The notes beneath the pieces were generated by a model. It ran no database searches. It was not told the DNA's origin and saw only the letters and a program-made list of their open reading frames with translations. Below, piece after piece: positions 1 to 12,308 of a stretch of 64,000 nucleotides of DNA (positions are counted from its first letter, which is position 1; every line of letters begins with the position of its first letter). Source of the DNA: Euprymna scolopes (lineage: Eukaryota). A program made the position numbers and the translations under genes. The stretch lies in assembly GCA_053919585.1 (NCBI GenBank), contig CM132812.1; one strand, written 5' to 3'.

Positions 1-95
1 GTGTTTTCTAATGATATATAACACATTTTGTCAAATATCAAAACATGCTTTAGAACAAAAAATTTTTATGAAACTGCAAAAACTTATGCAACAAC

Positions 96-98
<3 letters not shown>

Positions 99-162
<64 letters not shown>
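99..162. repeat. (TA)n microsatellite, representative of many (e.g. ~3077, 8327, 9039, 20574, 27084, 29063, 29799, 61746, 62490); (CA)n at ~8294 and 24937; (GT)n at ~41386 and 46132; (GA)n/(CT)n at ~22499 and 38250
   Basis: Direct reading. Confidence 0.98.
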
Positions 163-164
<2 letters not shown>

Positions 165-1119
165 TTGGGGGACCAAAAACATTAGAGACATTTTTTAAAA
201 GGAGACTTATTGAGGAAATACAAAGCTCACCAATGAGGTGGAACTTATGTACAGAAGTAAAAATGAAAAACAACGACAATATGAAAATATATGCTAATGC
301 ATATAAATTTAATCGTTCTTTCAATAAGGAGATTACATCAATTAGGGGTACGAGATATATATGCTCTTTATACCTAGGTATTTTGAAGCCTAATGCTTCT
401 CATCAAAATAGGAAAGAAGGTGGTAGGTAACACATCAGAAACGTTAAGAACAAAATAATAGAGTGTCAAAGGAAAAAGATAAACAATATAAATGTGGAGG
501 AAGGAAAATTGAAGAACTTAAAGTGGAACAGGATGAAATTATGAATATCACATAATGGATTTAAGTGGCATGTAAGGGGGTTAGGGGTTTTCCATGGTAC
601 GTTAGGGGTTATGAGTACAATAAATGTGCCATATGTGGAGATGTACATTTAATATTGAGAAACAATAATGGAAGAAAGCGAGAGGAGATAATGGTAGATG
701 CTCTTATAAATATAAGGAATAAAGGGATATGATTATAGAGGAGGGTGTCTTGAAATAGAGGATGAATCGGCCCTGTGCCTAATTTGGTCGGTGGGAGAGC
801 AAATAAATACCTTGGCCTTCGGGCCGGGATCAAAGTGTAGTAACTGTTCTGCAGATGGTGCACTTAAGATGATTTGTACCAGTCAATGGAGGGAAACCCT
901 CTATACTGGGACAATTATTATTTTTGGTAACCAGAGTGCCCCCTTTTTGCCTACTTTTAGGGGAGCTGGTTTTTACCCCACATTAAAAACGGCCTTGTGC
1001 CTGATTTGCTTTGGTGGGGAAGCAAATAAATACATTAAATAAATAGAAAAGAAGGTTTTTAATATGAATGTCATTACACACAAAAGCAAAACGAATTCAT
1101 AGGAATATAGATAGATGTA

Positions 1120-2094
1120 AGCCCAAAGCAATAAATGTTAAACGATCCAAATTGGGGTCAAAGTTTTTTTTTAAAAATGACCTCTGCGGTCTCTACCAAA
1201 TTACTCATCCAATTTTTTTTCTAAACATTTGAAATTTTACATAAAGTGTATTCAGACATAAGGCAAGCTTTTTAATCGTTTTTCTGCTGAAAATTTGGCT
1301 TCTAAGGGGTCAAAATTCAAAAGATTTTACGTTTACAGTCTCTAGCAAACTATTAAGCCAGTTTTGGGTCTAAACATTTGAAATTTTACATAAAGGGTAT
1401 TCATACATGCAGCAAGCCTTTTAATCAGGTTTTGGCAAAAATTTGGCTGGTAAAAGGTCAAAATTTACAGAGATGACCTTTGCAGACACTACCAAACTTC
1501 TCCGCCAATTTTGGGTCTAAACACTGAAAATTTTAGATGTAGGCATGAATCAAATTTTTTAACTTGATTTGAGCCCAAAACAACAAATGGTACGGGGTCA
1601 AAATTGGGGTCAAAGTTAAAAATAAATTGACCTCTGTGGTCTCTATCAAATTACTCGGCCAATTTTTGGTCTAAACATTTGAAATTTCACATAAAGTGTA
1701 TTCAGACATAGGGCAAGCTTTTTAAGTGGTCTTTGGCCGTAAATTTGGCTGTAAAGATTTGGCTGTTCAAAAGATTTTACCATTGCAGACTCTAGCAAAC
1801 TATTCAGCCAATTTTGGGTGTAAACATTTGAAATTTTACATAAAGGGTATACAGACATGCAGCAAATTTTTTAAGTAGTTTTTGGGCAAAAATGCGGCTG
1901 CTAAGAGATCAACGTTGAAAGAGTTGACCTTTGCAGACTCTACCAAACTCCTCCACCAATTTTGTGTCTAAAGACTTGAAATTTTAGATGTAGGTTACCT
2001 GGACAAGAGTCAACCTTCTTAATATATATATACATATGCACATAAAATTATGAACAGTAGATAGGGCCAGAGTAAAGCCGGGCTGAACTGTTAG
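1120..2094 (+). mobile_element. Non-autonomous Helitron-like element with internal ~150-bp tandem units
   Basis: Units starting CTCTA(C/G)CAAA at ~1191, 1340, 1488, 1641, 1790, 1938; 3' end GGGCC...GCCGGGCTGAACTG-TTAG; relatives end in CTAG. Confidence 0.7.
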
Positions 2095-2255
2095 TATATA
2101 TCTATATATCTNNNNNNNNNNNNNNNNNNNNNNNNNNNNNNNNNNNNNNNNNNNNNNNNNNNNNNNNNNNNNNNNNNNNNNNNNNNNNNNNNNNNNNNNN
2201 NNNNNNNNNNNNNNNNNNNNNNNNNNNNNNNNNNNNNNNNNNNNNNNNNNNNNNN

Positions 2256-3054
2256 AAATAACTTCATCAATTTTCGATCTACAAACTCGAGATTTGACAT
2301 AAGGGGTATTAAGATTTGGGAAAATTTTTTTCATTGTCATCGACCAGAAAGTTGGCTGTTAAGGGGTCAAAGTTCAACGATTTGACCTTTGAAAACTCTA
2401 CCAAATTCCTCTGCCAATTTTGAGTCTAAACACTTGAAATTTTAGATATAGGTTCTTTGGACATGGATCAAACTTTATAATTTGAGCATAAAACAATAAA
2501 TGCTAAGGGGTCAAAGTTAAAAAAAATTGACCTCTGTGGTCTCTACCAAATTACTCAGCCAGTTTTTGGTTTAAATATTGAAAATTTTACATAAAGTGTA
2601 TTCACACATAGGGCAAGCTTTTTAAGCAGTTTTTTGCCGAAAATTTGGCTTCCAAAGGGTCAAAGTTCAAAAGATTTTACATTTGCGGTCTCTAGCAAAC
2701 TATTCAGCCAATTTGGCTCTAAACATTTGAAAGCTTTTTAATCAGTTTTCGCTGTCTAGAGGTCAAGGTTGAAATAGTCGACTCTACCAAACTCCACCAC
2801 TAACTTTCGGTCTAAGCACTTGAAGTTTAAGATGTAGGCTTTCATTTTAGCCCAAAACAATAAATGTTAAGGGGTCAAAATTGGGGTCAAAATTTTATCT
2901 TTGCAGTCTCTACTAACTTTTCTCTATAGTAGTTAAGGAAATCTATTATATTGAAAGGCATTACTGTACATATGCACACTTTTTAATATATACAAATGCA
3001 CATAAAATTATGAACAGTACATAGGGCCCGAGCAAAGCTGGCCTGAACTGCTGA
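2256..3054 (+). mobile_element. Tandem second copy of the Helitron-like family
   Basis: Same units and the same 3' end as 1120-2094. Confidence 0.7.
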
Positions 3055-3071
3055 TATATATATATGAACTA

Positions 3072-3123
<52 letters not shown>

Positions 3124-3779
3124 ACACGGTTATAACTTTTCTTGCTGGGAGATAAATTCTTGAACTTTCGGTGAAAGAAAAAATAATAATAAGCTCGTTC
3201 AAACTTATTTCCATATTTCAGATTTAGAAAAAAATATCGACAGGCCTTTTGTTGAGTTTGTTCGCTTTTTTCCTTTAGAGTGAAATGACTTAAATTTCCG
3301 AACTTTTTTTGAAAACTGCTTCTTCCTACTCAGAAACAACAATGTTTTCTTCAATCCTATTCCCCAATGCTGTAGTTTTTTTTTGTTTTTTTTATTTTCA
3401 TAATTTTTACATACTTTGTTAAAAATCTAATTTGCTTTCAATCTCTTTATTATCATAATTAAAAATTATCCAGCATTCCACTTTGAGCAATGATAATATT
3501 GTATCTGACATAAATTGGAGTTTCATTGCCAATGTTGGATGCAATATAAATCTGGGTTATTTTTGTGACCAAATAGGTCTGAATTCTTTGTCATCAATGT
3601 TGTGCTTTAGATAAGGTTGTCTGTCTGGGAGCTATTTTAGAGGCTGCCAGTTTGAATCCTGACTTCCACAAGTGGCAGCAGCATAATTCTGTATCATCTC
3701 TTGACAGTAGCAGTGCAAGTCAATAGTAAGTTTTCAAAGTCGTTTGTCGCTTCTTGATCAGAGTTTTTTGCTATCGCCC

Positions 3780-4325
3780 ATGCTTTACGTTCTTGCATTT
3801 GGGACCTTTCATCTGCAAATAAAAAGATGGGGTAGTGAGACTAGTCCTATGCAAAACCAGTGTACCTGGTGGAGGACATGCCAGGATTTCCACGTTTACT
3901 GATGATATCACTATTATTGTGTTGAACTGCATTGATATTCGAATAGTGATTAAGTCACTTGCTCAGTACAAAGAAGTTACAACAGATGTAATTAATGGCA
4001 GCAAGTCCAACAACCGATGGAGCAACAAGGCCACACTTAGAGATATTTTCAGCTAATCAGCTAGCCCGGTTCAGATCTTTATCATTTGGTTCAGCTTGGA
4101 CTCCAGCTCGAATAAAATTGGCCAGTAATGCAATCAGAAATCAAATCATCAGTTGCCATTGGATCTGAAAGAAACTTAAAGGGTAGAGGTAAGGCATGTG
4201 CCACTTACGTCTTTCCTTTCATCTTTTACAAACTGGCTGTACTACCTCTGTCAGGGGATGGCCTTTAGGTTTTAATACATTTGCTCTTTTTGTTTCTTTG
4301 AAAGAAAGGGAAACTGTAAACCTGT
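3780..4325 (+). mobile_element. Highly decayed L1/Tx1-like RT remnant
   Basis: RISTFTDDITIIV...YKEVTTDVINGSKS. Confidence 0.45.
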
Positions 4326-4626
4326 ACTCCATGTCCAAGTGAGAGAGGCTCAAGAATGCTGGATCTGCTAAGTTATAGACAGATTCCATGAACAAAGCTT
4401 CTTTCTTAGAACTGCACGCCTGTGGAACTCTGTTTCGTCTGCCTGCTTCCCTCCTGACTGCAACTTCGATGTATTCAAGTCCAATGTAAACAAATTCCTG
4501 ACGAACCGCCCCCTTAAGTAGACACTCTAAAATATCCACACTAATGTACTGTACTTACAATAACCCTTGTCCATGAGTGGCTTCCGGGCCTTGATAAGTG
4601 GTGAGCACCTTGTAAAAAAAAAAAAA
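4325..4626 (+). mobile_element. LINE family B 3' end
   Basis: Nearly matches 6998-7243; poly-A tail. Confidence 0.82.
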
Positions 4627-5325
4627 TTTTTTTAAGATACCCAACCTCATATCTGATCCTTTGGTTGAATCCTATCGCAGTACAAAAAATACCAGACCAG
4701 AAAACAGTGGGTTGCTTAACACTTAGTAGAGGGTTGGGACGGCCATATTAATCTGTATATTTCCTTTCTTTTTCGAATATTTGTAATATTGTCTGACTCC
4801 TTATGATTATTTTATTTATTTTATTTTTGTAAATAGAATCCTTTTAAAACAAATTGGGAATCATCTAAGTAAGATCAAGCCACAGAATGAATGTAATATT
4901 TTGGTGAGAATGTCTAACATAAAGTAAGCCCAAATGATTTTAACATGATTTGATAACCATCGATTCTCTCCTCTCCATCTAGACAATTCAGGCTTCATGC
5001 CTAAAGCAAAGGATGAAGTTTATGATTATTAGTTTGGGTTTGAAAAAAGACCAGAGTACAATGTGCAAGGGTTTCTATAGACTGGTTCATGTGACCCCAA
5101 ACGGAGTAGGAATTTAAATTCTTGTTATACAATCCATGAGCCCTAAAGGGATAACACAACAGCTAATAAGTGATGGGGGGGGGCAGAAATAAATTCCAGT
5201 AACACATTGTAACATCTTCACTTCAGCAGCATTGATATATGAAAATAAATTATAATGTATAAAAATTAACCAATCTCAAATACTCATTAAAATTATTAAA
5301 ATCATTATTTTCTTTTTCTTTTCAG

Positions 5326-5562
5326 ATTTTGAAAAAGTAAAAAGCAACCTCAAAGAAAGTAACAGAAAATTCATAAGTGATACGTATCCTAAAGCCAAAC
5401 AACTTGAATTAACTAATAAAATAATTGTCCGAAATATTCCAGAAAATTTTTCTGTTGATCACTTGGAGAATTATTTTAGAACCCCATTACATCCTGATCA
5501 TCGCCATTTCCTCAAAATGCTACCTGGTAAAAGATGCATTGTAACATTTAATGACTACAATA
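5326..5562 (+). CDS. PARP14-like gene, internal exon A (RRM-like segment)
   Basis: Polypyrimidine-CAG acceptor, GTAAGT donor; 237 nt, phase 1-1, open: DFEKVK...NKIIVRNIPENFSVDHLENYF...RCIVTFNDYN, resembling N-terminal RRMs of macro-PARPs. Missed by the ORF track. Confidence 0.85.
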
Positions 5563-5787
5563 GTAAGTGCTTATTTTCATTTTAATTTTATTTCATTTTC
5601 TGATAATTTGTGATGAAAATATAGCAAGAACATATATTATTAAAATGGATCCATTAGATCTGTGCATTTAGTAATAAAAATACTGTTTTAACACTTGACA
5701 GACATGACTGACCAATAAAAATGCAATTTTTAAACTTAAACATGACAGACTAATGAAAATGTTATTTTTAAATTAAGCATGACAGAA

Positions 5788-6476
5788 TTTTGTTCGCGAA
5801 TAACACTGTTGATGCACAAATACTGTTACGCAAGCTAGAAAAGTCTACAAATGACATAGGTCTCCACATTAATGTGGATAAGACAAAGTTTATGACTTTC
5901 AATAAGGAAGGAGAGATCAGGGCTCCGGTTGGAACAACACTGAAAGAAGTCGCAGAGTTTACATTTCCACAGAGAAAGATATCGAAATTCGCATCTCAAA
6001 AGCATGGGCCGCATTAGATGGGCTATGTTCAATATGGACTTCAACGCTAATTGACAGACTGAAAAGGCAGTTCTTCAGGGCAATGGTAGTCTGTCTTTCT
6101 ATACGGTGCTACAGCCTGGACACTTACCAAAAGATTGGAAAGAAAACTAGACGGCACATACACCCTTGGCAAAATCATCCCACGAAGCAGCAACTTTATG
6201 GCAACCTACCTGTCATATCTAATACCATCAGGGAGAGACGCGTACGATTTACCGGTCACTGTCTGAGAAGTAAGCATGAATTAGTGAGTGATGTATTGCT
6301 ATGGACTCCACGACACGGACATGCAAGCAAAGGATGACCTAAATCTACGTACATCTAGTGGATAGTTCATGATGCCAGCAGTGAACATGAAGATCTGAGG
6401 CAGCTGATGGAAGACAGGAAACTCTGGAGAGGAAAAGTCACATTGGTCCGGGCAAGGAGCTCATGATGGTGATGAA
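5788..6476 (+). mobile_element. RTE-like LINE 3' fragment
   Basis: IGLHINVDKTKFM, HPTKQQLYGNLPVISNTIRERRVRFTGHCLRS, (TGA)-type tail. Confidence 0.72.
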
Positions 6477-6670
6477 AGACTAACAAAAATCCTGTTTTAA
6501 ATTTAAGTACGGCACACTGAAACAGAATACTTAATAAGTTAAAAAATTTAAGCTTATTGAATAGTTGTTATTCTAGCTTTTTAGTTTCTATATAAAGACA
6601 CATACACACACACATATAAAGACACTCACACAAATACAGATGTGTACAAACACATACAGATATACTTGCA

Positions 6671-7245
6671 CAATATAAAAGCCAAATACGTCCAAGGATG
6701 GAATACTGTCGCCATATCTGGGCAGGAGCTGCTAAAAACAGCCTATCCTGCCTTGACAGAGTACAAAATAGACTTCGTAGCTTAGTGGGGGATGCCCTTT
6801 TCTCTACCCTGAAACCTCTCTCGCACAGAAGAGACGTTGCGAGCCTATCCTTGTTTTATCGTTATTTCCATGGCAGATGCTCGTCTGATCTCCAATCTCT
6901 GGTCCCCCCTCACCAATCTTTCATGAAAAACACCCGTCTAGCCAAATCCACTGTGAAAAATTTCCCCCACTCTTTATCTGTGCCTAGATCAAAATGTGGA
7001 TTCCATGAACAAAGCTTCTTTCTTAGAACTGCACGCCTGTGGAACTCTGTTCCATCTGCCTGCTTCCCACCGGACTACAACTTGGATGTGTTCAAGTCCA
7101 ATGTTAACAAATTCCTAATGAACCGCCCCCTTAAGTAAACACTTCATCAAATCTCCACACTAACGTAATGTACTTGCAATAACCCTTATCCCTAAGTGGC
7201 TTCCGGGCCTTGATAAGTGGTGATCACTGTGTAAAAAAAAAAAAT
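6671..7245 (+). mobile_element. LINE family B 3' portion
   Basis: ORF 6698-7138 MEYCRHIWAGA...RRDVASLSLFYRYFHG...RTARLWNS, 3' UTR and poly-A. Confidence 0.88.
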
Positions 7246-8070
7246 AAAATAAAATAATTTTTATTATTTACTTATTTTGCTTCTTTTATTAAACGTATTA
7301 ATTTATTTATTGATTTTAAGTTTTGATATTTAAAGGGTATATTTAAAGCTAAATAATTTTCGAAAGGTTTCCCAAAGCATTTTAAAACATTTTTAAAATC
7401 ATCTAAAGTCACCTTTAATCTCTACAGTTTGATTGTCTTATCTAAAGGTTTATAGTGTTTTTTTTTTGTTGTTTTTATTCATAGTTATTACTATTTACTT
7501 ATTTAATTTTTTAGTTAACTTTATTTATTTTAATTTATTTATGTTTTAATATATAAGAGGATATATTCTTATGAAATTTCATATCAAAACTATTTTCAAG
7601 GGTTTTCTAATGGAAACTTGAAAGACGTTTAGGGTCATTAGTAATCCCTACAGTTTGAAAGTAGTTTTAAAAGTTCCCTAGTGTTTTATTCTTTGGAACT
7701 TAAATTATTTTTATAAAACTACCATTTTCACTTTTTAATTTATTGTATATGTTTCAAAGTATATTCTTTAGATAATGCTAAAGGGATTCTCAAGTGGGGT
7801 ATATTATGGTATATGTTAGGGAATAAAAGTAGTTAACTATTTAAATCAAAATATTAAGTGTGAAAATAAAACATGTTAGGAGAAAACAGCATTCGATTTT
7901 GGGTATTTATTTTATTTTATATTTATTTTATTTTATTATAGGTATTTTAGTAGGATTGGTGTAAGTAGGTAATTGCTATTTTAGTTTTATCTAGTGGTAA
8001 GTGGTAGATTTAAACAGTTAGGATATTAATCTAAATTGGTGTATTAAGAATAAATCCTATACACAACATA

Positions 8071-8107
<37 letters not shown>

Positions 8108-8287
8108 AACACACATATATAATTTACAAATAGCCTAATATTCAATTACTCATACATACATATACATATAAATACATATATAGACATATGCATACACAAA
8201 AGATACAAATATAAAAACTATATACAATGATACGTACAACATATATTCATATAAATATATGCTATACACTAACATATACAAAAACAT

Positions 8288-8379
<92 letters not shown>

Positions 8380-9036
8380 CACTCAATATACATATATATA
8401 CCTACAGTATGCAGATTTTCTATTATTTATTATTTAGGTAAAAATATTTTTTTTTATCAAGAGCATAATGACATTAAGATTACTAAAAAGATGTTCTTTA
8501 TAATGTCTGCAGTTTATAGAGGTTTCTAATCTTTTATCAAGTAATATGTGCTCTGTCTTTAAATCTTATGATAAATAGTTTTATTTTGTAGTATATATTT
8601 TGTAGCCATCCACATAGGGGGGCTTAAAATATATTTTGTAGTCATCCAGAGAGGGGGTGAGGGCTTAAAATATAAAAATATATTTTGTAGTAATCCAGAG
8701 GGGAGGGGGGGGCTTAATATATATTTTGTAATCATACTACATACATAGTATAAAAAATACATATATATTGTATTAATAATAGGTGACCCTGCATAGCTCA
8801 TTCTACTATTATGTCTTAATTTGCTTCAGTTGGTGTTGATCTGTTATACCTTCGCATTGTATTGGCTCCTATAAATTACCTTTATATACACATTAGACAA
8901 TGCTTCAAGCAAACTACATCAACCTTTTATACTACACTTCCTTTCCCCAAATATTAAAACCCTTCCAATTGAACTCATGCATTTAATCCACTTAAATCCT
9001 ATGCATTTCTACACTGAAATCATCTCCTATAAATTA

Positions 9037-9116
<80 letters not shown>

Positions 9117-9350
9117 ACACCATGTTTCAAGCAAACTAAATTAACCTTTTTTACTACATTTCTTTTCCTCAAATATTAAAACATTTTAATTTGACTTTTG
9201 TTTTTAATCCACTTATATTTGATTCATCTATGCATTAAAATCATCTCATATGAATTATATACACTAGACATAATGTTTCAAGCAAGTCGTGATATTTTTT
9301 TCCAAGTAAAATCAATTTACATTTTTTTAATTTTTTTTTTTTTTTTTCAG

Positions 9351-10918
9351 TTGCTTCTCAATGGTCCAAGGTAAAACATGAGAAATTTGATTGTGATCTG
9401 TACCATGATTATAATGATGATGAAGATGAAGATGAAACCTACATGGATATAAACATTTCATCAGATTTTAAGTTGCAGTTCATAATGAATTATAAATGTG
9501 TATTTGAAAAGGAGCTAAAGGACTATGGATATTTTGTTTGGTCTGAAAGTCAAGGAAAATCACTGAAAATTATGTTCAGTCAAAGCATAAAAGAGGAGAA
9601 AATTAAAGGAAAAGTGAATGAATTACTTAACACCATAATTGAAGTAGAATTGATTATTCCGCCTAATATCTATCCCATATTAAAGGAGACATATCATCAA
9701 GAATCAGACGCCGTTTATGTTGGTTTTGATGATAATAATCACAAGGTCTACATTTTATCATTCAACAAAACTCTGGCAGAGGATAACAAAAATAAATTTT
9801 GAGTGTTGTTGAAAGTAAGTCTAAGACTAGTAGGACGCTAGACTTTCCCCTTCATAAAATCTCTTTACTTTATGCTGACCTTTTTCCATCCAAAATCCTT
9901 CCAAAGTATAAAATGTTGCAAATTAACAAGGAGGCTAAAAAAATAATTTTGACCGGTTCTGCTTCAGATATCGAGAATGTCACACTAGAAATATATAAGT
10001 ATCTTTCAGAAGTTTTATCCATTCAGTGTTCCCTCCCTCGCAATGCTAATAAAATTGTCATAAAAAAAAAGGTTAAGGAATATCTGCAGAAAAATCTGCA
10101 GAAAAATAAGCTTATTTGCTCATGGGAATTAAACCCTGAAAATGAAGTAATAATTTATGGCATAGACAATAAGACCCTTATATCAGCAAAGAACGTTTTC
10201 CAAAAAGGTTTCATGGAACTAGACTTTGATCTCACTGATCCAATAAAGAAAGCAATGAAAGGAGATAAGTGGCAAGCATTTGTAAAAAACATGTCTGATA
10301 AATATATTGATATTTTTTATATCAATGATCAACAAAATGACAAAATTACAATAGTTACAACGAAAGAATTCTCTCAGCCTGTCGGAGATGATTTTGGTGC
10401 ATTCTTTGACACAAATGTCATTTATACAAGTACCCTTCCATTGAAGCCTGGACATTTTGAATTCCTGAAAGCATTTTGTCAGAAGGAGATACAACAATTT
10501 TCCGACAACAATATACCAATAAATATACACTTTCCAGAGGACCAAATGGTTCATATTTCTGTAACAAATAAAGTCAACAAAGAGGCATCAGAATTTTTAA
10601 AAAATCTCACCAAAGATATCATAGAAAAACAAGAAGTGATTGCTTGTTTGGGCTTCAAGAGATTTTTAATATCTGCTGCAGCAGACACCATGTTTAGGAA
10701 ATTGTCAAAAGATTTAAAGTGCATAATATTGAAGGATGAAGATAACATAAAGAACATTCTGAAAAGATCTTCAGCAGATGTTGAAGTGAAATCTACAAAT
10801 TGTTCTATATTAGTACATGAGGGTGATATGACAGAAATGGAAGTAGATGCTATTGTGAATGCAGCTAACAGACAATTGGAACATGTCGGTGGATTAGCAA
10901 AACACATTTGTGATAAAG
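9351..10918 (+). CDS. PARP14-like gene, large exon B (probable KH-like region plus start of macrodomain 1); 1-nt frameshift near 9794-9800
   Basis: Poly-T CAG acceptor; ORFs 9443-9802 and 9799-10962; ends VHEGDMTEMEVDAIVNAANRQLEHVGGLAKHICDK/G with donor GTTTGT. 1568 nt is one short of a multiple of 3 for a phase 1-1 exon. Confidence 0.9.
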
Positions 10919-11871
10919 GTTTGTATTATTTTCAATTATGCAATTGTTATTTATATACTTAGATATTAAATGTTATTTATTGATTCAACCTCTTTATTTA
11001 ATTATCAAAGATTAAAAGCTGTTAATTTTATACTTAGATATTAAATGATATTTAAAGATTTAACTTCTTTATTTATTAATGAGAGCGGGGCCTATAATAT
11101 GTTAACATATTAAATGTTAGATATACAATCAACTCATTTATTCAGTTACTAAATGAGGGTGAGGGGGAGGCTGTTAAATATATACTTAGATATGCAGATG
11201 TTTGACCAATGCTTGAAAAGTGCCAAGTAGCCTAAACAGGCTATTCAATAATAAATGTTACAACTTTATTTGGTAATATTAAATAAATCAAAGTGTACAA
11301 ATTAAGCCAAAATAAACAGTTACATCATGCTTACCCCTAATATATACAAAAGTTATTACCCTAATCGGCATCAATAACTTGCTGCAAACTCTTAAAAAAA
11401 AAAAAACTAAAAATGTCACAAATGGGGATTTGGGCCCATTCCTTCCTCAATTCTGTCTTTGAAGTATTTAAATTTGCATAATAGAAAGCTGAAACCTTGC
11501 TCTCCAGGTTGAACACAATACTGGAATCCAGAGGATTAAGATCTGGGAATGATGAAGTCTATACTTCCTGGAACGCTTTTGGCTAAACATTCTTGAGGCT
11601 ATTTTGCCCCGTTTTTTTTTCCCAGGACAACAATGATAATTCAAGAATGCTTGTGTACAATAATTCTGGTTTAGTTTCACACCTTCATCTACAAAAATCA
11701 AAAGACTACTTCTAGTTTCAGTTGTGACGACCTAGACTATCATTGATGCCACACCTTGCCTCCAAGTAATAACTCGTGACTCTACAACACCTGTATGAAA
11801 CCAAATCCGATCATTTCGAATGTTAATGCATTGTTGGATATCAAATTTCTGTTTTCCATTTTTCCTTTTGG

Positions 11872-12274
11872 TGTGGAGAAATGCGTGACTTACCTGGATA
11901 GACCATGTGCGGGTCGGTCACCGAAAATAAATAAAAAGAAAGAAAAGAAATGGTCAAGACTCTTATTTATAGAGTAGTGATCACGTGAGTTACAAGAATA
12001 TGCAAATAGAGGTGAACGATTTTGCGATATAAAAAGCCTGTGTTGTTAAGAGGCGGGGTAGACTGTTGGCAGAAGTCAGTGCTGTCAGACGTGCTTTAGA
12101 GTTTTGTTATTATATGCTGTGCTCGATTGTTGGGAAAGAGAAAAGAGAAGAGGAGGAACCAAGAAGACATTCTGCAGGTACTTTGATACAACGGGGGCGC
12201 AATTCAACAATCAACCATTTCCTTTGGTTTAAGAACACAAAGGAATCGAGATACTTGACTTTGTGTTGGTTTTA
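11872..12274 (+). repeat. 5' LTR (TG...TA termini)
   Basis: Matches 16107-16506 apart from a few substitutions and a 3-nt indel; TATA-like TATAAAAA at 12028-12035. Confidence 0.93.
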
Positions 12275-12286
12275 AGCTATTTCGGT
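12275..12286 (+). promoter_or_regulatory. Putative non-canonical primer-binding site complementary to tRNA-Phe nt 1-12
   Basis: AGCTATTTCGGT directly after the LTR; reverse complement ACCGAAATAGCT versus metazoan tRNA-Phe 5' end GCCGAAATAGCT (recalled sequence). Confidence 0.6.
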
Positions 12287-12308
12287 GCTTGGTGTGCGGT
12301 GACTAAAA

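Noticed and set aside
11-430. ORFs with YIYIYI, THTHTH, CVCVCV or ERERER runs here and elsewhere
   Set aside because: Translations of dinucleotide microsatellites, not genes.
160-1045. Possible decayed LINE 3' end
   Set aside because: Only a vague Cys motif and a TAAA-type tail; too degraded to call.
1120-3054. CRISPR-like repeat-spacer array
   Set aside because: Whole units are homologous with no unique spacers; eukaryotic context, no cas genes.
9791-9802. Programmed frameshift in the host gene at AAA TTT TGA
   Set aside because: AAATTTT is not phased as X XXY YYZ in frame 0 and no stimulatory structure is evident; error or mutation is simpler.
12201-12209. AATTCAACA as a canonical CA end of the LTR
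   Set aside because: Identity between the two LTRs continues 65 nt further, and no PBS follows this CA.
11795-12275. Duplicated small ORFs in the LTRs (also 15973-16507)
   Set aside because: Repeated only because the LTRs are repeated; no motifs.
12290-12304. TGGTGTGCGGTGACT as a tRNA-His-type PBS
   Set aside because: 15 nt from the LTR end, needs gaps and mismatches, and is absent from the related element.
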